Positions 51,146-62,496 of a stretch of DNA of 64,000 nucleotides are shown here, in pieces (within the stretch, counting starts at the first letter, position 1; every line of letters begins with the position of its first letter). The position numbers and the translations under genes are program-made. The notes below the pieces were generated by a model, which ran no database searches, was not told where the DNA came from, and saw nothing but the letters and a program-made list of their open reading frames with translations. The DNA comes from Macrostomum lignano. Taxonomy: Eukaryota. Location: the NCBI GenBank assembly GCA_002269645.1, contig NIVC01000422.1, positions 310,001 to 374,000 on the forward strand, in the 5' to 3' direction.

Positions 51146-51512
51146 TGTTTGGACGAAGGGTTTAGACGAATGTTTTACAAACTGGATGAACCGTTTTGCG
51201 TGAACACAGTTGTCTATGGTATAATCTAAATTTAGCTCCCATTAAGAAAGCATTTGTGGACGAAAGGTTTTGCAGTTTGGACGAATTCAATCGCAAAAAA
51301 GTATCGTAAAGCGAGGCATTCTTATTTGATTCTGCGTGCAGGATTGCTGATCTGGCACGCCCAAGCGTGCAGAATTGATGTTGTCTATGGCAAATTATCC
51401 TTTAGGTCTAATGCATCTTACGTGCAGGATTGCACTTTATTTTTAGACAACAAGAAAATAACGAGTGAAAATTGGTTAATATCATTACTAGTTTTTCGCT
51501 TGCGATCAGATG

Positions 51513-52493
51513 CTACTCAAATACAAATTCAATGACGTTGGTGTCACCATTGGCTCGAATCTTCAAATTCTTCCGATTTTCCGGAATAACTCGCACACAG
51601 CGCACCGAGCCCGACGTAGGATCGTTGATAACGTCAACTGGGTCACTTGCCTCAGTGCCTACAACTTGAGGGTCGGCCGTAGTAGCCACCTCCACGGCAG
51701 CCGTTAGTTGATGGCTCATAGCACAGATCGCTTGCTCTCGTTTATTCCCTCGTCGAATGTAGCGCTCGACGGATGCACCTCGCTTGTGGCCAGTCACTTT
51801 AGCGATAGTTTCGACATTAAATCCAGCGTCGTGAAGTTCTGTGATTACAGTTGCACGCACACAATGCGCAGTGTATGGCTTGGACAATCCGGCGGACGTA
51901 GAAATTTTCTTCATCAGAGGCCCAAGGGTGTTGACTCCTACTGCACTCTTGCTGTACCACTTACCAGATGAACGAAAGTTAGCGTTTGGTCGCAGAAAGA
52001 AGTCCACTCCGTTCCATCCTTCAACTTCGGTGACCTTTTGCTTGTACAGTCTGAACGCCTCAACTGGGCATTTGGCAGAATCTCCCTTTGACACCATCAA
52101 CGCTTGCTTGTTGTCAACCAAGACGGCGACGCTGATAGAACCATGTAGATTCTTTGAATCTCCCTGAACAAGCTCAATCGCGTAGAGTCCATTGGCGAGC
52201 CGCTTCTCACAAAACCGATCAAACCTCAAACCACGCAACCATTCACGGCCTCTATTCCCATAGTAATAAATGATGTTAAAGTATACTTCCTCTTGAAGAC
52301 GCACCGGATTCGACCGATCGAAGTATTTACCGAGCTTCTTCAGGTCGTCACTCTCAATAGCATCGTAGTGCTTCACTCTTCCTCCAGATCGAAGGAAAGC
52401 GTTGCAAATGCTCTTCATGGTAAGATTGGCGGCATGAAAGGCTTTATCATTTATTATGTCAATCGCTCGCAACTTCATAATATGGCGAAACAA
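51513..52493 (-). mobile_element. Crypton-type tyrosine recombinase (DUF3504/KCTD1-like domain), 5' end damaged
   Basis: IDIINDKAF..AN, YYGNRGRE (R), SKN (K), YTAHCVRAT (HxxR), VTGHK (H), VERY (Y). The upstream CHYKNKAMVCF is in another frame. Confidence 0.85.
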
Positions 52494-52757
52494 ACCATTG
52501 CTTTGTTTTTATAGTGGCAACTAGCTTTCAATTGTAATCTCCTTTCGTTACCCCCTCCCCTCACCATCTCCAGCGTGCAAGATTTATTTTGTCTATGGTT
52601 AAAATGTGGGGGCTTCGCCCCCACGCCCCCAGCGGGGGCTCTGCCCCCGCACCCCCGCTAGCAGCGGGTAATGTCTATAGTAATATCAATTATAACCTCC
52701 TTTTTTGGGCAGAATTTAAAATGGAAGAATCAAATAAGAATGAGATTCATGCACGCC

Positions 52758-52829
52758 AACTCGTGCGTCTATGGCAAAGAGCACTCGTGCGCTTCGTGCA
52801 CTCGTGCTTTTGCCAATGACGCACTCGTT
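52758..52829. other. 72-nt imperfect hairpin with repeated actcgt motifs, probably a transposon (Crypton-associated) subterminal structure
   Basis: aac-tc-gtgcgtc-ta-tggcaaagagcac-tc-gtgc[gcttcgt]gcac-tc-gtgcttttgcca-at-gacgcac-tc-gtt. Confidence 0.7.
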
Positions 52830-52932
52830 AGCGTTCAAGAATCCTAACAATGTCGAGCATTTAATTTAAAGAATAGGAACCAGTGATATAATTACAATGT
52901 ATTTACAATAAAGTAACCGCCATATCAACAAA

Positions 52933-53040
52933 AAACTCCAACGGCAAGAAGATAAAGGATGAAAGCAAAGATGAAACTCCAACGGCAAGAAGATAAAGGA
53001 TGAAAGCGAAGATGAAACTCCAACGGCAAGAAGATAGAAG
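52933..53040. repeat. 41-bp tandem repeat x~3 (aaactccaacggcaagaagataaaggatgaaagcaaagatg)
   Basis: Direct reading. Confidence 0.85.
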
Positions 53041-53115
53041 CAAATACGGAACTCCAAGGAAAAGACGACACAAACAGTCAGTAGCTCGTACATAAAGGAA
53101 ACGCTGGAACTTCAC

Positions 53116-55046
53116 CTACTGAGCATCTAACTTCCGAAGCTTTCTATCATGGGATGTCGTCGGTATTGGTGGGAGTTTTGACGAGCGTCTTACTAGTCCT
53201 TTGAAAAAAACGTTGGCTAGCCGACGGGACACACTGTCCATGCTGAACTGTGTCTTAGTTGGAAAGTAAAAGTCCTTAATAACATAAAACAGCTTCTGCA
53301 CGCGAGTTGCGCACGTACGAGAGTGCAGAATAAAACTGCTGTAGCAGAGACAGGATAAGTCTAACAGCCATTGTGGAGGATGACAAAGCTTTCCGCGAGA
53401 TAACTCTTCAGTGAATTCGCTGGCTGGAATGCTCGTCTCTGATATCAAATCTGTCCCTTTGATGCCTTCTTTAGTCGCTGTATAACCTGTCAATTTCCAA
53501 TAAGCACGGTTTGAATTGTTTTTATGAGATTGTGTAAAACCTCGTTGTGAATTAAATTTTAATTAATATCCAGCTTACCTGCGATATAGTAGAGCGAAGC
53601 CATCTCCGAAATGGAAAGCTCCTCTGATTTAGCAGCACAATTGCTGACGCATTGGCTGACGCATTTTCGCAGAAACTCCGCAGACAAAATGTATGTCGGC
53701 AATAGTCGGACTACAAACGGTTTTCCACCAAGTAATGGCTTTACCATTATGGCCAAAATTGTCCTAGCAACCTGGTCCGGATCGTCGACGGCTCGACCCA
53801 GAAGGTGACGGCATCGATATCGAACGGACGGTTGTGTGTACATTTCGTCAAACATAATTACGCAGTTTCGCTGAGCTCCTGATAGACTAGCAAAAACTGA
53901 CTGGATCACATCGGCTGCGTCGGTTTCTGTGCCAACTTCTCCTGTACCTGCTAGTTGCAGCTGCAGCGTTCGGGGATGAGGCAATGGCAATAGCTTCCGT
54001 AGGTAAGAGTAAGCCGAACTACTGATCAAGAAGAGCAATGCTGACTGTCGCACTAGTGAAATGTCATAGCGGCGATTGTTCCGATTTACTAATGTAAGGC
54101 TAAGTTGTCGAATCAAAAACTGAAGCGACGGATGCAAATCAGAGTCAGAATCTATATCATCACTGATTCTACTAACAAACGCTTCGACTTCACGTTGGGG
54201 ATTGGCGTCGGAATTTTTGCACCGCACGACAACAGCATCCAGTTGCGACCAGCGCTTGAGTGTCGGTTGAAATCCCAACAAGTCTCGAACCGAAATCGGT
54301 GTATGCAGTTTGAATTCACGAATCAGAAAGTTGGGTGAGACAAAAATTCGAACACACAGGTCTCCATCTTTATCTAACGTAAACAAGTAAACGTCTTCGT
54401 TCAGAATAGCTGTGTTCAGCGCATGTCGAGATACGACATCCGAATTTTTCACCTCAGCTCGAAAACTTTCCCATGCCGGCAAAAAATCAAGCAGCTGAAA
54501 AGCGTCCATCTCATCGATGTCGCCGCACCTCGCGTCAGAAAGAACACCGCGCTTTTCGGCCTGTCGGTCCTGATCTAAAATAAGAGTTAAAATAAAAGTA
54601 AGATAATTGTGAGCGGCAAAATCGATATAGACGCTAAGTGTTGAGCAATCTTTAAGTTACGTACCTTGGTTCTGAACAAAACACGAGCTAGGAACTCCAT
54701 TAAAAACAGAAGGAGGATTAATTGGCCTTTCGGTAGAGTTTTTCTTGACCATTGGAGCATCGCTTGGCCAATGCTTTACGCACACGCCCATATTGTCAGT
54801 CACTCTCTAAAACAATAAATTTTGGGTTTCAAGTTGTTTGGACGAGACTGGCATGCAGAATTGAAGCGGAATTATGCAGCAGTAATGACAGCAAATGATC
54901 TGGTTTCTTATCTGGAGAATATTTGGCAGCGCCTTTCTCCATCGCTCTCGCTCCTGTGGATCTCTGGGAAACGCAAATGTCCATGTTCGAACGGCTTCAG
55001 AGTTGTAATTTGACGAGCACGGAAATACCCTGCACTTTCTTGGCAT
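53116..55046 (-). pseudogene. THAP-domain P-element/THAP9-type transposase, internally deleted, 4 exons: 55046-54912, 54806-54665, 54574-53579, 53486-53116
   Basis: THAP C2CH (CRVFPC...FPRDPQERERW...CVKHW), LPLPHPRTL, CVIMFDEMY (first catalytic D), then a direct jump to C-terminal YYIAGY / LSRGKLCHP / RRLANVFFK. The intron 1 donor reads ATAAGA instead of GTAAGA. Confidence 0.85.
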
Positions 55047-55414
55047 TTCATCAAGTGAATAAAAAATGCTTCTCTTGATATAGTTCAGCTTAGCTTCACT
55101 GCTGGCCGCAGCTAAAGCAATTTTAATTTGCTTGATAGCAGAGAAGGCTTGAAAAAGCCATAAAACAATACTTTTAAGCGAGTCCCTCAGATTTTTTGCC
55201 ATGAATTGGCTCGTTTCGCGTCCCGAGGGTTTCAGTTGTCCCTGCATGAATCCTTAATCCAAAAGTCCAAATTAAGATTTGAAGCAAGCATTGTTTAGCA
55301 ATTTGACGATCATTATTCACATTTTTAATGCAGAACAATCCATTACTACAAACAATGCATTGTCTGTAGGATCGTCAAACAGAAAAACAATGCAAAGAAT
55401 CAGCGGTCGCAGCA

Positions 55415-55476
55415 CGTGACAACGATTTGTCTATGGCTCGCGCCTACCGGCGCTCGCCAGACAATCGTTGTCACGC
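55415..55476. other. Nested hairpin: 17-bp arms (cgtgacaacgatt(t)gtct / agacaatcgttgtcacg) around an inner gcgcc-tacc-ggcgc stem
   Basis: Direct reading. Probably a transposon terminal structure. Confidence 0.7.
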
Positions 55477-55629
55477 ACTGGACCGCTGATTATTTTTCCA
55501 TTGGTCTCGTCAGCTGGGGTACTGCGCAGCGCATATTGACAGGCAACGTGTGTCTAAAGCATGCATGCTTGGCAAATTCTGGCATCTGGCCTCTGCCTCA
55601 CCGTCCCTAATTGGGTCCTTTAAAACTTT

Positions 55630-56440
55630 ATTCCTCTCACCTCTCTCCTAGCTCTTCTCATTCCTCTCACTTTCTTTTCTTATGTTATACGAGTATATCA
55701 TCTCTATTCTCTTCTCTCTTCTCTCCTCTCTCTACTCTCTAATTATCTATCGTCTCTCTATACTCTACCCTAGCTCTCTGCTCTCATTTCTCATCTCCTA
55801 TTTTATCTCTGCTGTAGTCTCTTCTCTCTCTCCTCTCACTCCTGTCATCGTTACTCTCTTCTTTCCTCTCTCTTTTCTCCTCTCTCTTTTCTCCTCTCTC
55901 GTTTCTTCTCTCTCGTCTCTGCTCTTTCATCTCTACTTCCTCCTCTTTTAAGCTCTGCTCTCTTATCTGTTCTCATTTCTGTCTTCTCTCTCCTCTCTCC
56001 TCTCTCTTTTCTCCTCTCTTAATTCTCTCTTCTCTCTGCTCGTTGCTCTTTTTTGTCTCTCCCCTCTTCTCACTTCTCTCTTGCCCCTCTCGATCTCCTC
56101 CTTTCTCACTTATCTCTCCTCTCTTCTCTCTCGTTTCTACTCTCATCAAACTTCTCTCGATCCTCTCTTCCCTCTAGTCTCTCTTCTCTCATCTACTCTC
56201 TTATCTCATCTCTAATCTATTCTCTCTTATTTATCATCTCGACTTCTCTCTTCTCTTCTCTCAACTCTCTCATCTATTCCCTATTACCTCTCCTCTCTAC
56301 TTCTCTTCTCTACTCTCAGCTCTATATCTCTCGTCTCTACACTCTCCCCTCTCCTCTCTCCTTTTCTCTCTTCTTTTCTCTCCCTCTCCCTTCCTTCGAT
56401 CCCTCCTCTCCCCCCATCCTCTCGATTTCTCTCTCTCCTC
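55630..56440. repeat. ~800-bp CT-rich polypyrimidine low-complexity tract
   Basis: Direct reading. Explains the S/L-rich ORFs at 55682 and 56053. Confidence 0.95.
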
Positions 56441-57599
56441 AAACTAATTTTACAGTTAACTGTAAACGTTTAAACGTTTAAATTTCCAGTTTAATTATAA
56501 AACACGCCTCGAGAGGGATGATATGATAGTACTTAGTTCTACTTTAAGTAATTATTGGATAGCTAGTATGCTTAAATTCATAATATGTGTATCCTGACTG
56601 GAATGTAGTTCTTGTTTTCATGGTCAAAATAAATGACCTTTATATAATTTTCTATGCTCGTTTGAAAATTTGGCTTACATCATATGTGCGCATGTATACA
56701 TCTGAATAAAAATCTGACTAACTTGAGTTGAAAATGGAAAAAGATTCTATGCCAGTAGTAGAAACTATCATTTACATGAGCAAATGGCACTCAGCATAAA
56801 TTTTACTGAATTGGCCTCTAAACTTTTTTGCCTGATAGAATAATTGATCTTGTTGGTTAAATTTCCGTCCCCATAGAACTCTGAATTTTTCCTGCACTGT
56901 ACCAAGCTAGGTTTAAGACGACGGCTCTGTACACGTTTGAGCAGGGTAGTGTGTGTCTGGCAAGAAAACGTCGTCGGGCAAGCTTACCAGACGGGTAAAC
57001 ATGATGGCAGATGGTTAATTAGATCCGACCCGCGGTCAGTAAGGCAACATCGAATTTCCATCACGAGTTCTTTACAAATTTTTCTTTACAAATATATTAC
57101 AGATAATAAGTCTCTACAAATTTGACCTTGAACATTAAATAAAAACATTCTTATCTTCAGTATAAATAAAGTTTTCGAAGTTGATTTACTCAACAATCTT
57201 TCGTACGCGCAGATTTAAATTAAATGCTTTGTAATCGTGGCTTTATCTTTTACAATAACTCGCGGCAAATCGTCTTTATAAACTTCTATTTCGAAAACTT
57301 TTCCAAATACATAGCTCTATAATATATTGGCCAAACAGGCTAATCGCCTGAGCCAAATTCTCTTACTACTTACTACTGGCGGCCCCCTGATCGACTCTCC
57401 TAATCGACCCTAATTGCAATCAATTAAGTAGGGCTAGTCAAACATGATGGTATTCACGAAATACTCTTAAATGTAAAGCAGCCATATTAATTAGCAGGCA
57501 TGACAGACGACGAACAGCACTAGGATACTATCATGTAATGACGAGCACGACAACAAGTAATTTTATGTGCCGTTTTGACATACAATGCGATATTATCAA

Positions 57600-59900
57600 T
57601 CCAATGGCAATGCAATAGCTAGCTATATAATTTGTTTTGGCCTTTGCTACAATAGATTGGCTTGGACCTTGGCTTGCAGGCTGGGCCATTTGCTTTGCTT
57701 GGCTATCTATAATTGATCCATCTTTTTAGGGCCTAAGACTAGTAAATAAAAAATAGTCAATGAAAATAAAAGCTGTAGCAAAAACTACTTGTAACAAAAC
57801 CATTTAGGCTTTTAGCTTTTACAAGTTAAGGTTTTAGTAAAATATAGCCATATAGGCCCTATGGCCTCACCCTAGGTACATAAATAGGGAGGGATTTAGT
57901 GAGGGTCTTGCTTGCAACTTGCCAATATGCTTATTAAAGGCAAATTTCAGTAAAAATAAAAAGTAGGCTAGGCCTAGGATAGGTATTTATCACCCTTTGA
58001 TCAATGAATAAATTTTCAATGAATATGAAAAATAAAGAAATATAAAGTAAAAAGAAGAGAAGAAATACTTTTTGGCTTCGTCAAAGAGCCAAGAGGAAAA
58101 TTTTTAAAAAATTCTTGTTTTTTAGAATGATAGTCCTAACATTTATCATCAAACTAGGCCTATATTGTCATTTTAATAGAAATGTCTCTTTAAAGTGACA
58201 AAAATAGACCTTGTGGTACAAGTTGTGGCTATGTCATTGTTGTTATATATTTAGAATAGAAAAATATGTTTAGAATTAGATTAGACTTAGACCTAGTCAC
58301 TTAGGCCCAATTCTACTTTTACTTCTAGTTCTAGATTTGTTATATGGTATGCCAACTGCCAAGAAAAAATGACAATTTAAAATATATTTTGATAGATACT
58401 TACAGCTGGGTTTTTTCATCAAAATTGATATGCCATTTTTAATTTCAATATACCATTGGCATAAAAAATATAAAATAATACTTTGTAAGACTATATTAAT
58501 GAAATACAATTTGTCATTGATCATAAAATGCCAATTGTAAGTCATGCAACTATCATAACAAACAAGGTAGGCCCTAATCCACACTTTGGATCACATAATA
58601 TATGCCCAAAAATTTAGGCATGCATTGGCTTTGCACGCCAAAAATAGGCATGCATAGTTGGTATGCATCACTCTTGAAAAATAGTATGCATGCACACCTG
58701 GCATTTATTTTATGAAATCACAGAGAAAAGTTATTGTAAAATGGCAAAAGGTAATTTTTTAGCATAATTTTTAGGCTTTCTATGTTTTTAAAATTGTAAT
58801 AAAGCATTAAAACAAATCTTTGCATGTATCAATTTTTGCTATAAAAAATATTGCCAAAAAGGTCATTTTTTGTTGCAACACTAGTGTAGTTTTGAAAATA
58901 AGTGTGCATTAATTTTTGGCATATATTTAAACAAATTTAAAAGTAAACTAAAATTTGGAATTAGGGATTTAACATTGGCAATGGCATAATGGCAAAAAAT
59001 TGTTATACCATTTTGATATAATAGCATTCTAAATCAATATACTACTTTTAATTTTGATGGCATGGCATACCTTTGAGTGGATATGACACAAAAAACCCAG
59101 GTTTTCTAGCATATATCTATCATTTAAAAATTGTGATAAAAATTTATGGCTTTTACTTTTTCAATAAATTAAGGTCTAGGCCTTAATAGTAGCTTAGTTA
59201 CCCTTGTCTTAGTTAGGAAACAACTTAAAACATGTCTAAGTAAATATTTTAAATTATAAAAATATTTTTTTTATTATTTTATTTTTTTTATTTTTTTATT
59301 AATAAAAATGGTAAATGAAAAAGAAATAAAAGTGAAAATACAATACAAAATCTTTTATATCACTAAATATCCAAATTCTCTATGTATTTTAGGTTTAATA
59401 CAAACTTTTTTAGACTTTAAGCATGACTTACTTGACTTAGCTGCAGGGCTGTCCTGGGGGTCACAGCAAGATTAGACTAAGCATTATTGCAATAAGATTT
59501 TAAGATATATTAAATTTATTTATATTAATAGATGAGTTGGGATAGTAAGAATAAAAATGACATTCCGCTATTTCTGCATAGAAGTAGTAAAATCAAAAAA
59601 GTTATGTTCAAATATATATTAGCATTAGCAACAATAGTTTTTAATAAAAAATAGTATTTAATAAGCTAAGTACATTATAACAATGAAAAATTCAAAATAT
59701 TAAAAGAAAGGTGTTCTTTGTAAATAAGTAATAATGTTTGAAGTTAGCTATCTTTTATTAAATATTATATATACCCATATCCATATAATATTGCTGCATA
59801 TTGTTTAGGATGCAAGGCCATTAATCCAAATTTAAAGAATGATGCACATGGTTATACAAGGTTGCACTAGAAAGAACAGAGCACTAGGCCATATGTATAT
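57600..59900. other. Second long AT-rich block nearly devoid of CpG
   Basis: About three CG by eye (near 58079, 58636, 59566). Contains ggcatgcat motifs that look like decayed versions of the ggcgtg/gcacgcc motifs of the MITE at 25649. Confidence 0.75.
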
Positions 59901-59924
59901 ATTTGTAATATTTGCACTAGCTAC

Positions 59925-60258
59925 TTGCTATCTGGGTGGATTTTTGCTATCTGGGTGGATGCTTGCTATCTGGAGGGATGCTTGCTATCTGGGGGGATGC
60001 TTGCTATCTGGGGGGATGCTTGCTATCTGGAGGGATGCTTGCTATCTGGAGGGATGCTTGCTATCTGGGGGATGCTTGCTATCTGGGGGATGCTTGCTAT
60101 CTAGGGGGATGCTTGCTATCTGGGGGATGCTTGCTATCTGGAGGGATGCTTGCTATCTGGGGGGATGCTTGCTATCTGGGGGGATGCTTGCTATCTAGGG
60201 GGATGCTTGCTATCTGGGGGATGCTTGCTATCTGGGGGGATGCTTACTATCTGGGGGA
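59925..60258. repeat. ~19-bp minisatellite (gatgcttgctatctggggg)
   Basis: Direct reading. Confidence 0.95.
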
Positions 60259-60578
60259 TTTTTTCTATTTCGGAAGAATGTCTGTTATCTTTGTGAAAAC
60301 TTTAGTTTATTGTCTTTGTTAATTTTAGAAAAAAAGAAAGAGATTTATAGTGAACATCTTTGTCCATGACAATTTTACTCAAATAGTGATTTATAAGGGG
60401 GGCACTAGATTGCTAGTTATTGCACTATTTTTGTAGTGCTATTTATTAATTTGTTTGAGAAACAAATTCAGTTTTGCAATGGTAAGGTAAACACTATTTT
60501 GATTTTGCATTTATGATAGTTATTTCACACACAAGCAATTATTTTTTAATTCTGATAATCTAAAAAAGTCTAAACAAT

Positions 60579-62015
60579 ATGTCTGACAAGACAGCAATAC
60601 TTCTCCTGTACAAACGTATTCTGCGCTACATTGGCAGTCTGAAATTATCTGATCGTGCTTTCATTGTTCAAAGAATGCAACAAGAGTTTAGGAAGCCATT
60701 CTCTACTGAAGAAGAGTTGCTGATGCAAATCAAGGTAATATTGTACTACTCACAGTATTAGCTTATGTTCACTGTTTCAGTTTAAGTACATTAAAGGTCA
60801 GGGTGTGTGGATGTGTCAGATTAGAATCAGATTTTGATAGATGAGCATAATTATGTCTGGATAGATGTCAGGGTATCTAGATGGGTATTAAGGTATCTAG
60901 ATGGGTGTCAGGGTATCTAGATGGGTGTCAGGGTGTCTATATAAGTGCCAGGGTGTCTATCAGAAGTGCCACTGGGGTGTCTATCAGAAGTGTCAGGGTG
61001 TCTATCAGAAGTGCCAGGGTATCTATATAAGCGTTAGGGTATCTAGATGGGTGTCAGGGTGTCTATATGAGTGTCAGGGTGTCTATATAAGTGTCAGGGT
61101 GTCTAAATGTGTGTCAGGGTGTCTAGATGAATGTCAGGGCATCTAGATGAGTGTCAGGGTGTCTATATAAGTGTCAGGGTGTCTAAATGTGTGTCAGGGT
61201 GTCTAGATGAATGTCAGGGCATCTAGATGAGTGTCAGGGTGTCTAGATGAGCGTCAGGGTGTCTACTCTAGATGAGTGTCAGTGTCTAGATGAGTGTCAG
61301 GGCATCTAGATGAGTGTCAGGGTGTCTAGATGAGCGTCAGGGTGTCTACTCTAGATGAGTGTCAGTGTCTAGATGAGTGTCAGGGTGTCTAGATGAGTGT
61401 CAGGGTGTCTAGATGAGCGTCAGGGTGTCTACTCTAGATGAGTGTCAGTGTCTAGATGAGTGTCAGGGTGTCTAGATGAGTGTCAGGGTGTCTAGATGAG
61501 CGTCAGGGTGTCTACTCTAGATGAGTGTCAGTGTCTAGATGAATGTCAGGGCATCTAGATGAGTGTCAGGGTGTCTAAATGTGTGTCAGGGTGTCTAGAT
61601 GAATGTCAGGGCATCTAGATGAGTGTCAGGGTGTCTAGATGAGCGTCAGGGTGTCTAGTACTCTAGATGAGTGTCAAGAGTATAGATGAGTGTCAGGGGG
61701 TGTCTAGATGAGTGTCAGGGGGTGTCTAGATGAGTGTCAGGGGGTGTCTAGATGAGTGTCAGGGGGTGTCTAGATGAGTGTCAGGGGGTGTCTAGATGAG
61801 TGTCAGGGCATCTAGATGAGTGTCAGGGCATCTAGATGAGTGTCAGGGTGTCTAGATGAGTGTCAAGGACAACAAGGTTGTTCAAATCTTAGTGCCATCT
61901 TAGTTGCTTGTATGGATGTCGGATGGTTAAAGCATACACTAGTTACAATCATCACTATTTATTAATTTCATTTCAGAGAGGCGAAACTATTCTACAAAAT
62001 CGTCCATTTTTGTAA
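60579..62015 (+). CDS. 64-aa LYR-motif micro-protein resembling AltMIEF1 (MIEF1 upstream-ORF protein), 2 exons: 60579-60734, 61977-62015
   Basis: AILLLYKRILR...LKLSDRAFIVQRMQQEFRK...QIKRGETILQN parallels the human AltMIEF1 pattern as I recall it (AVLSLYRALLR...TDRDF...IRREFRK...QLEKG). Phase-0 GT-AG intron, AATAAA at ~62147. Confidence 0.8.
60865..61866. repeat. ~20-bp minisatellite (gatgagtgtcagggtgtcta) filling the LYR-gene intron
   Basis: Direct reading. Confidence 0.96.
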
Positions 62016-62496
62016 TTATCACGACAGAAGTCTCCTAAATTTCTACAAGCAATTTTGGGAACTTGCGCATTTTTTAAAAACAGTGTTCTATGTACTTGAA
62101 TTCTATCATCTGTTTCTTACTAAACTGTAGCGACCTTTTGTGTCTTGAATAAAATATAATGTAGAGAACGCTTTTTACGCGTAAATAGATTTGTCTTTTT
62201 GTTCATTTCTTTTAGATTTGTACGTAACTGAGAAGCTCATTGCTGGGAAAGGTAGAGAACCTGTTTTCTTAGAGCTCTATGCAGAAGCTGTGTAAATAAT
62301 GTACATTCGCCGGGGGGTGTTTGATCTCTTAAGCTTTAAAAGAAGATAATATAGCTGAGCTTGCTATGCTATCTAACTCAGCACAGGGTAGGGTAGAGCT
62401 ACTCTACCTCTCAGTTATATTTAAATAAGGCTATCTGGTCCTATCTATACCTTGTCAGATATTAGATTTATGAAAAACAATTTCTAGCAACTTTTC

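Noticed and set aside
55682-56481. S/L-rich ORFs as membrane proteins
   Set aside because: Translations of the CT low-complexity tract.
48028-62015. Linkage of an AltMIEF1-like gene with an NTase-fold gene as an echo of the vertebrate uORF-MIEF1 arrangement
   Set aside because: The order is reversed, they are 11 kb apart with TEs between, and the NTase is an ANK-cGLR type without the MIEF1 transmembrane anchor. Probably coincidence.
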